From the NCBI GenBank assembly GCA_029883975.1, contig JAOUIL010000006.1:10622-74621 (forward strand): DNA of 64,000 bases. The letters are read 5' to 3'. This document shows, in pieces, positions 45,737-56,575 of this stretch. A program made the translations under genes and the position numbers. The stretch's first letter is position 1. Every line of letters begins with the position of its first letter. The notes below the pieces were generated by a model. It was given only the letters and a program-made list of their open reading frames with translations, was not told the origin of the DNA and made no database searches. This DNA comes from Betaproteobacteria bacterium (GTDB lineage: Bacteria > Pseudomonadota > Gammaproteobacteria > Burkholderiales > SG8-39).

Positions 45737-46609
45737 ATGGGACAAAAGATCAATCCGATCGGCTTCCGGCTCGCGGTCAACCGCAATTGGAGCTCGCGCT
45801 GGTATGCCAGCAGCCGGCAGTTCCCGGGCATGCTCGCGGAGGACATCAAGGTGCGCGATTTCCTCAAGAAGAAGCTGGCACACGCCTCGGTCGGCCGGGT
45901 GCTGATCGAGCGCCCGGCGAAGGACGCGCGCATCACCATCTTTTCCGCGCGCCCGGGCGTCGTCATCGGCAAGAAGGGCGAGGAGATCGAGGCGCTCAAG
46001 GCTGAGCTGCGCCGCCTGATGGGCGTGCAGCAGGTGCACGTGAACATCGAGGAGATCCGCAAGCCCGAGATCGACGCCCAGTTGATCGCCGATTCGATCG
46101 CGCAGCAGCTGGAGAAGCGCATCATGTTCCGCCGCGCGATGAAGCGCGCCATGCAGAACGCGATGCGCCTGGGCGCGCAGGGCATCAAGATCATGAGCGC
46201 GGGGCGGCTGAACGGCATCGAGATCGCGCGCACCGAGTGGTACCGGGAAGGGCGCGTGCCGCTGCATACGCTGCGCGCCGACATCGACTACGGCTTTGGC
46301 GAGGCGAAGACGACCTACGGCGTGATCGGCATCAAGGTCTGGGTCTACAAGGGCGAAGTCGTGCCGAAGGCCGAGGCGCAGGCGGCGCAGGCGGCCGCCA
46401 TTCCGGCGGCGGCGCCGGTGGCCGAGGCGCCGGCCGAGCCGAAGCGCGCGAAGAAGCCCGTGCCGCGGCCGGCGGGACGCCGCGCGCCGGCCAGGGCCAA
46501 GCCCGCGGGCGAGAGGAAGGCGAAGAAGCCCGAGGCGGCTGCGCCCAAGACGACGGTGAAGCGCGCGAAGAAGGTGGTCAAGGAAGACGGCGGAGAGAAG
46601 AAGGAGTAA
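45737..46609 (+). CDS. rpsC: 30S ribosomal protein S3 with a long Ala/Pro/Lys-rich C-terminal tail
   Basis: 290 aa. The core is [12 protein letters not shown]...VWVYKGE, then an 83-aa low-complexity tail. Confidence 0.95.
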   Translation: MGQKINPIGFRLAVNRNWSSRWYASSRQFPGMLAEDIKVRDFLKKKLAHASVGRVLIERPAKDARITIFSARPGVVIGKKGEEIEALKAELRRLMGVQQVHVNIEEIRKPEIDAQLIADSIAQQLEKRIMFRRAMKRAMQNAMRLGAQGIKIMSAGRLNGIEIARTEWYREGRVPLHTLRADIDYGFGEAKTTYGVIGIKVWVYKGEVVPKAEAQAAQAAAIPAAAPVAEAPAEPKRAKKPVPRPAGRRAPARAKPAGERKAKKPEAAAPKTTVKRAKKVVKEDGGEKKE

Positions 46610-46612
46610 GCC

Positions 46613-47026
46613 ATGCTGCAGCCGGCACGAACCAAGTACAGAAAGCAGCAAAAGGGGCGTAACACCGGGTACGCGACGCGCGGCAACAAGGTGTCCTTCG
46701 GCGAATACGGGCTCAAGGCCGTGGGGCGCGGCCGGCTGACCGCGCGCCAGCTCGAGGCGGCGCGCCGCGCGCTTTCGCGCCACATCAAGCGGGGCGGTCG
46801 CGTGTGGATCCGGGTGTTTCCCGACAAGCCGATCTCGCAGAAGCCCGCCGAGGTGCGCATGGGCAACGGCAAGGGCAACCCGGAGTACTTCGTCTGCGAG
46901 ATCCAGCCGGGCAAGATCATCTACGAGATGGACGGCGTGGAGGCGGCGGTCGCCAAGGAGGCGTTCGCGCTCGCCTCGGCGAAGCTGCCGTTCAAGACCA
47001 TCGTCGTGCAACGGATGCTGGGGTAG
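46613..47026 (+). CDS. rplP: 50S ribosomal protein L16
   Basis: 137 aa, [16 protein letters not shown]. Confidence 0.97.
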   Translation: MLQPARTKYRKQQKGRNTGYATRGNKVSFGEYGLKAVGRGRLTARQLEAARRALSRHIKRGGRVWIRVFPDKPISQKPAEVRMGNGKGNPEYFVCEIQPGKIIYEMDGVEAAVAKEAFALASAKLPFKTIVVQRMLG

Positions 47027-47028
47027 CC

Positions 47029-47220
47029 ATGAAGGCAAGCGAACTACGCGCCAAGAACGGCGACGAGCTGCAGAAGGAGCTGAACGAGCTGCTGAAGGCC
47101 CAATTCGGCCTGCGCATGCAGCTCGCCACCCAGCAGCTCGGCAACACCAGCCAGATCAAGAAGGTGCGCCGCGACATCGCGCGCGTGCGCACCGTGCTCA
47201 AGGAAAAGGCGGGCAAATGA
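47029..47220 (+). CDS. rpmC: 50S ribosomal protein L29
   Basis: 63 aa, [31 protein letters not shown]. It lies in frame inside track ORF 46804..47220. Confidence 0.95.
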   Translation: MKASELRAKNGDELQKELNELLKAQFGLRMQLATQQLGNTSQIKKVRRDIARVRTVLKEKAGK

Positions 47221-47501
47221 GCCAGGCAGAAGCGCAGAAACCGCAGGCGTCCCGCAATCGCACCCTGACGGGGCGGGTGGTCAGCGACCGCATGCAGAAG
47301 ACGGTCACGGTGCTCGTGCAGCGCCGCGTCAAGCACCCGGTCGTCGGCAAGACGATCACTCTGTCCAAGAAGTACCACGCGCATGTGGAGAGCGGCGAGG
47401 TGCGGCAGGGCGACCTGGTGGAGATCGCGGAGTGCCGGCCGATCTCCCGGACCAAGTCGTGGAAGGTGACGCGCCTGATCGAGAAGTCGAAGGCCGTCTG
47501 A
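47217..47501 (+). CDS. rpsQ: 30S ribosomal protein S17
   Basis: 94 aa with the [18 protein letters not shown] core. There is an ATGA overlap with rpmC. Confidence 0.96.
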   Translation: MSQAEAQKPQASRNRTLTGRVVSDRMQKTVTVLVQRRVKHPVVGKTITLSKKYHAHVESGEVRQGDLVEIAECRPISRTKSWKVTRLIEKSKAV

Positions 47502-47503
47502 CG

Positions 47504-47533
47504 TTGCCTAGGGCGCGCGTTTCACGCTAGAAT
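47504..47533 (+). promoter_or_regulatory. Candidate spc-operon promoter in the rpsQ-rplN spacer
   Basis: TTGCCT (47504-47509), an 18-nt spacer, then TAGAAT (47528-47533). This 108-nt gap is the largest intergenic gap inside the ribosomal block. Confidence 0.4.
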
Positions 47534-47609
47534 TCGCGCCTTTTCGCCCCGTACGGGGTCCAAAACTGCCCGCGCCCCGGCGTGGAGCAAGTTGGATGGA
47601 GAGTTACCG

Positions 47610-47978
47610 ATGATTCAGATGCAGTCGATACTGGACGTGGCCGACAACACGGGCGCGCGTGCCGTCATGTGCATCAAGGTGCTGGGCGGCTCCAAGCGTC
47701 GGTACGCCAACATCGGCGACATCATCAAGGTGAGCGTCAAGGACGCCGCGCCGCGCGGGCGGGTCAAGAAGGGCGAGATCTACCACGCGGTGGTCGTGCG
47801 CACGGCCAAGGGCGTGCGGCGCGCCGACGGGTCGCTGATTCGCTTCGACTCCAACGCGGCGGTGCTGCTGACGCCGAAGTTCGAGCCGATCGGCACGCGC
47901 ATCTTCGGCCCGGTCACGCGCGAGCTGCGCAGCGAGCGCTTCATGAAGATCGTGTCGCTCGCGCCCGAGGTTCTTTGA
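47610..47978 (+). CDS. rplN: 50S ribosomal protein L14
   Basis: 122 aa from [17 protein letters not shown]. Confidence 0.97.
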   Translation: MIQMQSILDVADNTGARAVMCIKVLGGSKRRYANIGDIIKVSVKDAAPRGRVKKGEIYHAVVVRTAKGVRRADGSLIRFDSNAAVLLTPKFEPIGTRIFGPVTRELRSERFMKIVSLAPEVL

Positions 47979-48001
47979 GCGCCACAACCAGGAACAGAGC
48001 C

Positions 48002-48319
48002 ATGCAACGCATCCGCAAGGGCGACGAAGTGGTCGTCATCTCCGGCCGGGACAAGGGCAAGCGCGGCACCGTGCTGCGCCGCGTCGATGCCGAGTTCGTG
48101 GTGGTGGAGGGCGTCAACCGCGTGAAGAAGCACACGCGGCCGAACCCGATGAAGGGCTTGACCGGCGGCATCGTCGACAAGGACATGCCGATCCACGTCT
48201 CGAACATCGCGCTGTTCAATCCGGCGACGAAGAAGGCCGACCGGGTCGGCTTCAAGCAACTCGACGACGGGCGCAAGGTGCGCGTGTTCAAGTCGAACGG
48301 CGAGCAGGTGGACGTATAG
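48002..48319 (+). CDS. rplX: 50S ribosomal protein L24
   Basis: 105 aa from [22 protein letters not shown]. Confidence 0.96.
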   Translation: MQRIRKGDEVVVISGRDKGKRGTVLRRVDAEFVVVEGVNRVKKHTRPNPMKGLTGGIVDKDMPIHVSNIALFNPATKKADRVGFKQLDDGRKVRVFKSNGEQVDV

Positions 48320-48329
48320 GGTGAGACCG

Positions 48330-49034
48330 ATGGCCAAGGAAAAATCCCCCCAGACAGACAAGGACAGGGCCGACAAGGCCGCCCAGGCGGAGAAGGCCGA
48401 GAAGGCCGGCAGGGCAGCCGACAAGGCGGCCAAGGCGGCCAAGGCGGCGGAAAAGCCCGCCGAGAAGCCGGCCAAGTCCACGCTGCCGGTACCGCCGGCG
48501 CGCCTGGCGCAGCACTACCAGGAGAAGGTGGTGCCCGAGCTGGTGAAGAAGTTCGGCTACAAGACGACGATGCAGGTGCCGCGCATCCGCAAGATCACGC
48601 TCAACATGGGCGTGGGCGAGTCGATCGGCGACAAGAAGGTGCTCGACAACGCCGTGGCGGACATGGCGAAGATCGCGGGCCAGAAGCCGGTCGTCACCAA
48701 GTCGCGCCGCTCGATCGCCAATTTCAAGCTGCGCGTCGGGTATCCCATCGGCTGCATGGTGACTTTGCGGGGCGCGCGCATGTACGAGTTCCTCGACCGG
48801 CTGGTGAACATCGCCATTCCCCGCATCCGCGACTTCCGCGGCGTGTCGAACCGCGCTTTCGACGGGCGTGGCAATTACAGCCTTGGGGTCCGCGAGCAGA
48901 TCATCTTCCCGGAGATCGAGTACGACAAGATCGACGCGCTCCGGGGCATGAACATCGCCATTACCACAACGGCGAAGACGGACGACGAGGCGAAGGCCCT
49001 GCTCGCCGCGTTCCGCTTTCCGTTCAAGCACTGA
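48330..49034 (+). CDS. rplE: 50S ribosomal protein L5 with a ~55-aa Lys/Ala/Glu-rich N-terminal extension
   Basis: The frame is open from GTG 48321 / ATG 48330, which has an upstream AGGGTGAG Shine-Dalgarno. The canonical L5 core begins at [21 protein letters not shown], but the position of the usual Met is CCG (Pro, 48495-48497). Confidence 0.9.
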   Translation: MAKEKSPQTDKDRADKAAQAEKAEKAGRAADKAAKAAKAAEKPAEKPAKSTLPVPPARLAQHYQEKVVPELVKKFGYKTTMQVPRIRKITLNMGVGESIGDKKVLDNAVADMAKIAGQKPVVTKSRRSIANFKLRVGYPIGCMVTLRGARMYEFLDRLVNIAIPRIRDFRGVSNRAFDGRGNYSLGVREQIIFPEIEYDKIDALRGMNIAITTTAKTDDEAKALLAAFRFPFKH

Positions 49035-49044
49035 AGGAGCCGTC

Positions 49045-49350
49045 ATGGCCAAGCTTGCCGTCAAACTCCGGGAACAGAAGCGCAGACAGACCGTGGCGAA
49101 ATTCAAGGCCAGGCGCCAGGTGCTGCTCGAGATGATCCGCGACCCGAAAGCCGCAGACGAGGATCGCGAGGCCGCGCGCGAGAAGCTGCAGAAGCTGCCG
49201 CGCGACGCCTCGCCCACCCGGCTGCGCAACCGCTGTGCCATCACCGGCCGTCCGCGGGGCGTGTACCGCAAGTTCGGGCTGGGGCGCAACAAGCTGCGCG
49301 AGCTCGCGTTGCGCGGCGAGGTGCCGGGCGTGATCAAGGCGAGCTGGTAA
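49045..49350 (+). CDS. rpsN: 30S ribosomal protein S14
   Basis: 101 aa, [13 protein letters not shown]...W at the end. Confidence 0.96.
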   Translation: MAKLAVKLREQKRRQTVAKFKARRQVLLEMIRDPKAADEDREAAREKLQKLPRDASPTRLRNRCAITGRPRGVYRKFGLGRNKLRELALRGEVPGVIKASW

Positions 49351-49362
49351 GGAGACCCGCGC

Positions 49363-49758
49363 ATGAGCATGACCGATCCGATCGCCGACATGCTGACCCG
49401 CATCCGCAACGCCCAGATGGTGGGCCATACGGAGGTCAGCATGCCCTGCTCCAAGCTGAAGATGTCCATCGCCAGCGTCCTCAAGGACGAGGGCTACATC
49501 GAGGACTTCGCGGTGCGCGAGGAAAGCGCGATGAAGGAGCTGCGCATCGGCCTCAAGTACTATGCCGGGCGCCCGGTCATCGAGCGCCTGGAGCGCGTGT
49601 CCAAGCCCGGCCTGCGCGTCTACAAGGGCAGGAACGACATCCCGCGCGTCATGAACGGGCTGGGCGTGGCGATCCTGTCGACCTCGCGCGGCGTCATGAC
49701 GGACCGCAAGGCGCGCGCCGACGGCGTCGGCGGCGAAGTCCTCTGCATCGTGGCCTGA
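49363..49758 (+). CDS. rpsH: 30S ribosomal protein S8
   Basis: 131 aa, [17 protein letters not shown]. Confidence 0.97.
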   Translation: MSMTDPIADMLTRIRNAQMVGHTEVSMPCSKLKMSIASVLKDEGYIEDFAVREESAMKELRIGLKYYAGRPVIERLERVSKPGLRVYKGRNDIPRVMNGLGVAILSTSRGVMTDRKARADGVGGEVLCIVA

Positions 49759-49768
49759 GGGAAGCGCC

Positions 49769-50302
49769 ATGTCTCGCATCGCCAAGTATCCGATCGCGCT
49801 GCCCAAGGGCGTCGAGGTGACGCTCGCCTCCGGCAGCATTTCCATCAAGGGCCCGCTCGGCGCGATGGCGCGGCCGATGGATCCCAATGTCAGCATCCAG
49901 AAGGAAGGTGAGACGCTGGTGTGCAAGGCCGTGGGCAACTCGCACCACGCGAACGCGATGTCGGGCACGTTGCGCGCGTTGGTCGCCAACATGGTCACCG
50001 GCGTGAGCAAGGGATTCGAGAAGCGTCTGGCGCTGGTGGGCGTGGGCTACCGCGCGCAGGCGCAGGGCGACAAGCTCAATCTCTCGGTCGGCTTCTCGCA
50101 CCCGGTGGTGCACCAGATGCCCAAGGGGGTCAAGGTGGCGACGCCCACCCAGACCGAGGTCGTCATCACCGGCATCGACAAGCAGCTCGTCGGCCAGGTG
50201 GCCGCGGAGATCCGCGACACCAAGTCGCCCGAGCCCTACAAGGGCAAGGGCGTGCGCTACGCGGGCGAGCAGATCGTGCTGAAGGAAACGAAGAAGAAGT
50301 AA
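49769..50302 (+). CDS. rplF: 50S ribosomal protein L6
   Basis: 177 aa, [17 protein letters not shown]. Confidence 0.97.
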   Translation: MSRIAKYPIALPKGVEVTLASGSISIKGPLGAMARPMDPNVSIQKEGETLVCKAVGNSHHANAMSGTLRALVANMVTGVSKGFEKRLALVGVGYRAQAQGDKLNLSVGFSHPVVHQMPKGVKVATPTQTEVVITGIDKQLVGQVAAEIRDTKSPEPYKGKGVRYAGEQIVLKETKKK

Positions 50303-50312
50303 CGGAGCGCCC

Positions 50313-50669
50313 ATGGCCGACAAGAACATTTCCCGACTGCGCCGCGCGCAGCAGACGCGGCTGAAGATCCGCGAGATCGGTGCGGTGCGCCTGACGGTCC
50401 ACCGCAGCAACAGCCACATCTACGCCCAGATCACGTCGAGCACGGGCGACAAGGTGCTGGCGGCGGCGTCCACCGCGGAGAAGGAAGTCCGCGCGCAGAT
50501 CAAGAACGGCGGCAACCGCAAGGCGGCGGAGGCGGTGGGCGCGCGTATCGCGCAGAAGGCGAAGCAGGCTGGCATCGAGCGCGTGGCGTTCGACCGCGCC
50601 GGCTACCGCTATCACGGTCGCGTCAAGGCGCTCGCCGAGGCCGCGCGTGCCGGCGGCCTCAAGTTCTAA
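50313..50669 (+). CDS. rplR: 50S ribosomal protein L18
   Basis: 118 aa, ending [27 protein letters not shown]. Confidence 0.97.
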   Translation: MADKNISRLRRAQQTRLKIREIGAVRLTVHRSNSHIYAQITSSTGDKVLAAASTAEKEVRAQIKNGGNRKAAEAVGARIAQKAKQAGIERVAFDRAGYRYHGRVKALAEAARAGGLKF

Positions 50670-50678
50670 GGGATTCCC

Positions 50679-51200
50679 ATGGCAAAAATGCAGCCCAGGA
50701 TGCAGCAAAGCGAGGAGCGCTCCGACGGTCTTCGCGAAAAGATGGTGTCGGTCAACCGCGTCACGAAGGTCGTGAAGGGCGGCCGGGTTCTCGGCTTTGC
50801 CGCGCTGACCGTGGTCGGCGACGGCGACGGCGGCATCGGCATGGGCAAAGGCAAGGCGCGCGAGGTGCCCGTGGCCGTGCAGAAGGCGATGGAGGAGGCG
50901 CGCCGCAAGCTCTTCAAGGTCAAGCTCAAGAATGGCACGCTGCACCACGCGGTGGTGGGGCGCCACGGCGCGGCGGTCGTCCTCATGCAGCCCGCGTTCG
51001 AGGGGACCGGGATCATCGCCGGCGGCCCCATGCGCGCGGTATTCGAGGTGATGGGCGTGACCAACGTGCTGGCCAAGTGCTTCGGGTCCACCAACCCCTA
51101 CAACGTCGTACGCGCCACCCTGCAGGGGCTGCAGTCGATGAACACGCCCGCCGAGATCGCCGCCAAGCGCGGCAAGACCGTCGAACAGATCCAGTCCTAG
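50679..51200 (+). CDS. rpsE: 30S ribosomal protein S5
   Basis: 173 aa with [12 protein letters not shown] and [13 protein letters not shown]. Confidence 0.97.
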   Translation: MAKMQPRMQQSEERSDGLREKMVSVNRVTKVVKGGRVLGFAALTVVGDGDGGIGMGKGKAREVPVAVQKAMEEARRKLFKVKLKNGTLHHAVVGRHGAAVVLMQPAFEGTGIIAGGPMRAVFEVMGVTNVLAKCFGSTNPYNVVRATLQGLQSMNTPAEIAAKRGKTVEQIQS

Positions 51201-51208
51201 GAATCGCC

Positions 51209-51391
51209 ATGGCGGACGGAAAGATCAGGATCAAGCTGGTGAAGAGCACTGCGGGCTGCAAGGCGGGGCACCGCGCGACGGTGCGCGGCCTCGGCCTGCG
51301 CAGGCTGCACCAGACGGTCGAGCTCAAGGACACGCCGGCAGTGCGCGGCATGATCGAAACGGTTTCCTACCTCGTGCGGGTGGAAGGGTAA
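51209..51391 (+). CDS. rpmD: 50S ribosomal protein L30
   Basis: 60 aa from [32 protein letters not shown]. Confidence 0.95.
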   Translation: MADGKIRIKLVKSTAGCKAGHRATVRGLGLRRLHQTVELKDTPAVRGMIETVSYLVRVEG

Positions 51392-51395
51392 TCCC

Positions 51396-51866
51396 ATGCG
51401 CTTGAACAATCTGAAGCCGGCACCGGGTGCCAAGAAGTCGCGCCATCGAGTCGGGCGCGGCGTCGGCTCCGGCTGGGGCAAGACCGCGGGCCGCGGCCAC
51501 AAGGGGCAGCGCGCGCGCTCGGGCGGCTACCACAAGGTTGGCTTCGAGGGCGGCCAGATGCCGCTGCACCGGCGCCTGCCGAAGCGCGGTTTCGCGTCGC
51601 CCACGCGCGCGCTCTACGCCGAGGTGCGCCTGTCGGAGCTGCAGGGCCTGAAGACCGCCGACATCGATCTCGCCGTGCTCAAGGCCGAGGGCATCGTGCC
51701 GCGCGACGTGACCGTGGCGAAGGTCATCCTCTCCGGCAAGCTGACGCGCGGCGTGACGCTGAAGGGCGTCAAGGCGACCAAGGGCGCGCGCGCGGCGATC
51801 GAAGCCGCCGGCGGCAAGGTGGAAGCGCCGGCCGAAGCGCCGGCTGAAGCGAAGAAGGCGGAGTAA
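51396..51866 (+). CDS. rplO: 50S ribosomal protein L15
   Basis: 156 aa, [22 protein letters not shown], with a C-terminal [14 protein letters not shown] tail. Confidence 0.96.
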   Translation: MRLNNLKPAPGAKKSRHRVGRGVGSGWGKTAGRGHKGQRARSGGYHKVGFEGGQMPLHRRLPKRGFASPTRALYAEVRLSELQGLKTADIDLAVLKAEGIVPRDVTVAKVILSGKLTRGVTLKGVKATKGARAAIEAAGGKVEAPAEAPAEAKKAE

Positions 51867-51878
51867 GGACCGGCGCAA

Positions 51879-53201
51879 TTGGCCACCACGCTTCCCACCG
51901 CGGGCAAGACCGGGCGCTACGGCGACCTGAAGCGGCGCCTGTTCTTCCTGCTGGGCGCGCTGGTCGTGTTCCGCATCGGCGCGCATATCCCGGTGCCAGG
52001 CATCGATCCGAACGTGCTCGCCGACCTGTTCAAGAGCCAGCAGGGCGGGATTCTCGGCATGTTCAACATGTTCTCGGGAGGCGCGCTGTCGCGCTTCACC
52101 ATCTTCGCGCTCGGCATCATGCCGTACATCTCGGCGTCGATCATCATGCAGCTGATGACCGCGGTCAGCCCGCAGCTGGAGCAGCTGCGCAAGGAAGGCG
52201 AGTCCGGCCGGCGCAAGATCACGCAGTACACGCGTTACGGCACGCTCGTGCTGGCGCTGTTCCAGGCGACGGGCATTTCCGTGGCGCTGGAGTCCCAGGC
52301 TGGCCTGGTGCTGGACCCGGGACTGATGTTCCGCGTCACCACCGTCACCACGCTGGTGACGGGGACCATGTTCCTCATGTGGCTCGGCGAGCAGATCACC
52401 GAGCGCGGCCTGGGCAACGGCATCTCGCTCATCATCTTCGCCGGCATCGCGGCGGGCCTGCCGAGCGCGATCGCCGGCACCCTGGAGCTCGTGCGCACCG
52501 GCGCGATGCACCCGCTGACCGCGCTGCTCATCGCCGCAGCCGTGCTGGTGGTGACGGCATTCGTGGTATTCGTCGAGCGCGGCCAGCGCAAGATCCTGGT
52601 CAACTACGCCAAGCGTCAGGTGGGGAACAAGGTGTATGGCGGACAGAGCTCGCACCTGCCCTTCAAGCTCAACATGGCGGGCGTGATTCCGCCGATCTTC
52701 GCGTCTTCGCTGATCCTCTTTCCGGCGACGCTGCTCGGCTGGTTCGGCTCCGCCGAAGGCATGATCTGGCTGCGCGACATTGCCGCCACGCTTACGCCGG
52801 GACAGCCGATCTACGTGCTGCTCTACGCGGGGCTGATTGTCTTCTTCTGCTTCTTCTACACGGCGCTGCAGTACAACCCGAAGGAGACGGCGGACAACCT
52901 GAAGAAGTCCGGCGCGTTCGTGCCGGGCATCCGCCCGGGCGAGCAGACCGCGCGCTACCTGGAGAAGATCCTGACGCGGCTCACGCTGGCCGGCGCGGTC
53001 TACGTGACGCTGGTGTGCCTGCTGCCCGAGTTCCTCATCCTGCGCTGGAACGTGCCGTTCTATTTCGGCGGCACGTCGCTGCTGATCATCGTCGTGGTGA
53101 CCATGGACTTCATGGCGCAGGTGCAGGCCTACGTCATGACGCACCAGTACGAGAGCCTGCTGCGCAAGGCCAACTTCAAGGGCGGGCTCCCAGTGCGCTG
53201 A
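51879..53201 (+). CDS. secY: Preprotein translocase subunit SecY
   Basis: 440 aa with a TTG start. It has [14 protein letters not shown] and 10 TM segments. Confidence 0.96.
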   Translation: MATTLPTAGKTGRYGDLKRRLFFLLGALVVFRIGAHIPVPGIDPNVLADLFKSQQGGILGMFNMFSGGALSRFTIFALGIMPYISASIIMQLMTAVSPQLEQLRKEGESGRRKITQYTRYGTLVLALFQATGISVALESQAGLVLDPGLMFRVTTVTTLVTGTMFLMWLGEQITERGLGNGISLIIFAGIAAGLPSAIAGTLELVRTGAMHPLTALLIAAAVLVVTAFVVFVERGQRKILVNYAKRQVGNKVYGGQSSHLPFKLNMAGVIPPIFASSLILFPATLLGWFGSAEGMIWLRDIAATLTPGQPIYVLLYAGLIVFFCFFYTALQYNPKETADNLKKSGAFVPGIRPGEQTARYLEKILTRLTLAGAVYVTLVCLLPEFLILRWNVPFYFGGTSLLIIVVVTMDFMAQVQAYVMTHQYESLLRKANFKGGLPVR

Positions 53202-53212
53202 GCAGCGCGCCC

Positions 53213-53431
53213 ATGGCGAAGGAAGACTTTATCGAGATGCAGGGGGAGGTGGTGGAAAACCTCCCCAACGCGACGTTCAAGGTGAGGCTGGAGAACGGGC
53301 ATGTGATCCACGCGTTTATCTCCGGGAAGATGCGCATGCACTACATCCGCATCCTGCCGGGCGACAAGGTAACCGTGCAGCTCACGCCCTACGATCTGAC
53401 CAAGGGCCGCATCACCTTCCGCGCGAAATAG
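53213..53431 (+). CDS. infA: Translation initiation factor IF-1
   Basis: 72 aa, [30 protein letters not shown]. Confidence 0.97.
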   Translation: MAKEDFIEMQGEVVENLPNATFKVRLENGHVIHAFISGKMRMHYIRILPGDKVTVQLTPYDLTKGRITFRAK

Positions 53432-53448
53432 GAAACGAGGAGCAGGAC

Positions 53449-53562
53449 ATGAAAGTAATGGCTTCGGTGAAGAAGATATGCCGCAAGTGCAAGATCGTGC
53501 GGCGCAAGAGGGTGGTGCGGGTCATTTGCGCCGATCCGCGCCACAAGCAGCGGCAGGGTTGA
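53449..53562 (+). CDS. rpmJ: 50S ribosomal protein L36
   Basis: Not in the ORF track (37 aa). I translated it by hand as [37 protein letters not shown], with an AGGAGCAGGA Shine-Dalgarno upstream. Confidence 0.93.
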   Translation: MKVMASVKKICRKCKIVRRKRVVRVICADPRHKQRQG

Positions 53563-53588
53563 TAAGACCTTGACGCAACAGGTATAAT
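53559..53588 (+). promoter_or_regulatory. Candidate sigma70 promoter of the alpha operon
   Basis: TTGATA (53559-53564, overlapping the rpmJ stop), an 18-nt spacer, then a perfect TATAAT (53583-53588), 23 nt before the rpsM ATG. Confidence 0.45.
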
Positions 53589-53611
53589 TCCAAGTTTTTC
53601 CGGGACCCGCC

Positions 53612-53995
53612 ATGGCACGCATCGCAGGCATCAATATCCCCAACCATCAGCACGCGGAAATCGCGCTGACGGCGATCTTCGGCATCGGCCGCGCGCGGGC
53701 GCGCGCGCTGTGCGTCGCGGCCGGCGTCGAGCGCACGCGCAAGATCAAGGACCTCAGCGATTCCGACATGGAGCGGCTGCGCGAGCAGGTGACGCGCCTC
53801 ACGCTGGAGGGCGACCTGCGCCGCGAGGTCTCGATGTCCATCAAGCGCCTGATGGATCTTGGCTGCTACCGCGGCGTGCGCCATCGCAAGGGCCTGCCGG
53901 TGCGCGGGCAGCGCACGCGCACCAACGCGCGCACCCGCAAGGGGCCGCGCAAGGCCGCCATCAAGCTCAACGTGCCGGCCGGCAAGGCCGCGTAA
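53612..53995 (+). CDS. rpsM: 30S ribosomal protein S13
   Basis: 127 aa, [14 protein letters not shown]. Confidence 0.97.
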   Translation: MARIAGINIPNHQHAEIALTAIFGIGRARARALCVAAGVERTRKIKDLSDSDMERLREQVTRLTLEGDLRREVSMSIKRLMDLGCYRGVRHRKGLPVRGQRTRTNARTRKGPRKAAIKLNVPAGKAA

Positions 53996-54012
53996 CCGGG
54001 AAACCCCACACC

Positions 54013-54438
54013 ATGGCCAGCCGCACCACACCCTCGCAGCAGCAGCTTCAGCAGACCGCTTCCGCGCGCGCGCGCAAGAAGGTGAAGAAGAACGTGGCCG
54101 AGGGCATCGCCCATGTCCACGCCTCGTTCAACAACACCATCGTCACCATCACCGACCGGCAGGGCAACACCCTGTCTTGGGCGACGTCGGGCAACGCCGG
54201 CTTCAAGGGCTCGCGCAAGTCGACACCGTTCGCGGCGCAGGTGGCCGCCGAGCGCGCCGGCCGGGCGGCGCAGGAGTGCGGCGTGAAGAACATCGAAGTG
54301 CGCATCAAGGGGCCCGGGCCCGGCCGCGAGTCGGCCGTGCGCGCGCTCAACGCCATCGGGCTGAAGATCGGCAGCATCGCCGACGTCACCCCGGTGCCTC
54401 ATAACGGCTGCCGCGCGCCCAAGCGCCGGCGGGTCTGA
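54013..54438 (+). CDS. rpsK: 30S ribosomal protein S11
   Basis: 141 aa from [14 protein letters not shown], with the core [18 protein letters not shown]. Confidence 0.96.
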   Translation: MASRTTPSQQQLQQTASARARKKVKKNVAEGIAHVHASFNNTIVTITDRQGNTLSWATSGNAGFKGSRKSTPFAAQVAAERAGRAAQECGVKNIEVRIKGPGPGRESAVRALNAIGLKIGSIADVTPVPHNGCRAPKRRRV

Positions 54439-54460
54439 GTCAGCGAGTCCAGGAGAACGC

Positions 54461-55090
54461 ATGGCCAGAGATCTCGACGCAAAGTGTCGCCAGTGCCGCC
54501 GGGAGGGCGAAAAGCTCTTCCTCAAGGGCGAGAAATGCTTTACCGACCGCTGCGCCGTGGAACGGCGCGGCTACGCCCCGGGCCAGCACGGGCAGAAGAG
54601 CGGCAGCCGCATGTCCGACTACGGCAAGCAGTTGCGCGAGAAGCAGAAGCTGCGCCGCACCTACGGCGTGCTCGAGCGGCAGTTCCGCAAGACGTACGCG
54701 GAAGCCGCGCGCTCCAAGGGCGTGACCGGCGAGCGCCTGCTGCAGCTGCTGGAGACGCGGCTGGACAACGTCGCCTACCGCATGGGATTCGGCGCCTCGC
54801 GCACCGAGGCGCGCCAGGTCGTGCGCCACAACGGCATTCTCGTGAACGGCAAGCGCGTCAACATCCCCTCCTACCTGGTGCGCCCGGGCGACGTCGTCGA
54901 AGTGGCGGGCAAGGCGAAGGAGCAGCTACGCATCAAGGCCGCGAGCGAGGCCGCCGAGAGCCGCGGCGTCCCCGAGTGGCTGGAGGTGGACGCCAAGGCG
55001 CTCAAGGGAACCTTCAAGTCGCTGCCCGCGCGCACTGACCTGCCGTCCACGGTCAACGAGAGCCTCATCATCGAGCTTTATTCGAAGTAA
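54461..55090 (+). CDS. rpsD: 30S ribosomal protein S4
   Basis: 209 aa with a [18 protein letters not shown] zinc-ribbon-like N-terminus and an S4 domain. Confidence 0.97.
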   Translation: MARDLDAKCRQCRREGEKLFLKGEKCFTDRCAVERRGYAPGQHGQKSGSRMSDYGKQLREKQKLRRTYGVLERQFRKTYAEAARSKGVTGERLLQLLETRLDNVAYRMGFGASRTEARQVVRHNGILVNGKRVNIPSYLVRPGDVVEVAGKAKEQLRIKAASEAAESRGVPEWLEVDAKALKGTFKSLPARTDLPSTVNESLIIELYSK

Positions 55091-55105
55091 CGGGAAATCA
55101 CCAAC

Positions 55106-56086
55106 ATGCCGCAATCCGGATTCCTCAAGCCGCGCATCGTCGATGTGCAGAACCTGTCTCCGTCGCACGCCAAGGTCACCATGGAGCCTTTCGAGCGCGG
55201 CTACGGCCACACCCTCGGCAACGCCCTGCGCCGCGTGCTGCTGTCCTCCATGCCGGGCTGCGCGCCCACCGAAGTGCAAATCGCTGGGGTCGTCCACGAG
55301 TACTCGACCCTGGACGGCGTGCGCGAGGACGTGGTCGACATCCTGCTCAACCTCAAGGGCATCGTGTTCCGGCTGCATAACCGCCAGGAGGCGATCCTCA
55401 GTCTGAAGAAGAAGGGCGAGGGGCCCGTGACCGCGGCGGACATCGAGCCCTCGCACGACGTCGAGCTCGTCAACCCCGAGCACATCATCGCCCACCTGTC
55501 GGCGAACGGCGCGCTGGAGATGCAGATCAAGGTCGAGTCGGGCCGCGGCTACGTGCCGGGCAACATGCGCTTCCTGCCCGAGGAGACCAAGGGCATCGGC
55601 CGCATCATCCTCGATGCCTCCTTCAGCCCGGTGCGCCGCGTGTCGTACGCGGTGGAATCGGCGCGCGTCGAGCAGCGCACCGACCTCGACAAGCTGATCA
55701 TGGATATCGAGACCAACGGCTCGATCGAGCCCGAGGAGGCGATCCGCTACGCGGCGCGCGTGCTGGTCGACCAGCTCTCGGTGTTCGCGCAGCTGGAAGG
55801 CACCGCGCTGCCCACCGAGGCGCCCAAGTCGCCCACGGTCGACCCGATCCTGCTGCGGCCGGTGGACGACCTCGAGCTCACGGTGCGCTCGGCCAACTGC
55901 CTGAAGGCCGAGAACATCTACTACATCGGCGACCTGATCCAGCGGAGCGAGACCGAGCTGCTGAAGACGCCGAACCTCGGCCGCAAGTCGCTCAACGAGA
56001 TCAAGGAAGTGCTCGCCTCGCGCGGCCTGACCCTGGGCATGAAGCTGGAGAACTGGCCGCCGGCCGGTCTCGAGCATCACCGCTAA
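55106..56086 (+). CDS. rpoA: DNA-directed RNA polymerase subunit alpha
   Basis: 326 aa with [17 protein letters not shown] and the C-terminal domain [16 protein letters not shown]. Confidence 0.97.
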   Translation: MPQSGFLKPRIVDVQNLSPSHAKVTMEPFERGYGHTLGNALRRVLLSSMPGCAPTEVQIAGVVHEYSTLDGVREDVVDILLNLKGIVFRLHNRQEAILSLKKKGEGPVTAADIEPSHDVELVNPEHIIAHLSANGALEMQIKVESGRGYVPGNMRFLPEETKGIGRIILDASFSPVRRVSYAVESARVEQRTDLDKLIMDIETNGSIEPEEAIRYAARVLVDQLSVFAQLEGTALPTEAPKSPTVDPILLRPVDDLELTVRSANCLKAENIYYIGDLIQRSETELLKTPNLGRKSLNEIKEVLASRGLTLGMKLENWPPAGLEHHR

Positions 56087-56098
56087 GAAGAGGTCGCC

Positions 56099-56503
56099 AT
56101 GCGCCACGGACTGGGCCTGCGCAAGCTGAATCGCACCTCGAGCCACCGGCTCGCGATGCTGCGCAACATGATGGTGTCGCTCCTGCGCCACGAGGAAATC
56201 AAGACCACGCTGCCCAAGGCGAAGGAGCTGCGCCGCGTCGTCGAGCCGATGATCACGCTCGGCAAGGCGCCCTCGCTTGCCAACCGGCGCCTCGCGTTCG
56301 ACCGGCTGCGCGACCGGGGCATCGTGGGGAAGCTGTTCGACGAGCTCGGGCCGCGCTACGCCAAGAGGAACGGCGGCTACCTGCGCATCCTGAAGAGCGG
56401 GCTGCGCAAAGGCGACAACGCGCCGATGGCGCTGGTGACGCTCATGGACCGCCCGGAGCCCAAGGCGGCGGAGAAGAAGCCCGCGGAGGAAAAGGCGGCG
56501 TAA
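56099..56503 (+). CDS. rplQ: 50S ribosomal protein L17
   Basis: 134 aa, [17 protein letters not shown]. Confidence 0.97.
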   Translation: MRHGLGLRKLNRTSSHRLAMLRNMMVSLLRHEEIKTTLPKAKELRRVVEPMITLGKAPSLANRRLAFDRLRDRGIVGKLFDELGPRYAKRNGGYLRILKSGLRKGDNAPMALVTLMDRPEPKAAEKKPAEEKAA

Positions 56504-56534
56504 GGCCAAGCCGCTCGCACTGCGCCGCAAGAGG

Positions 56535-56560
56535 CCGGGACAACCCCGGACTTTTGTTTT
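56535..56560 (+). terminator. Likely rho-independent terminator of the alpha operon
   Basis: A CCGGG-ACAAC-CCCGG hairpin followed by ACTTTTGTTTT. Confidence 0.5.
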
Positions 56561-56575
56561 GCGCCGGAGCGCGGC

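Noticed and set aside
53570-53588. TTGACG immediately upstream of the TATAAT before rpsM as the -35 element
   Set aside because: The spacing to the -10 is only 7 nt. The TTGATA at 53559-53564, 18 nt from the -10, is the geometrically plausible -35 instead.
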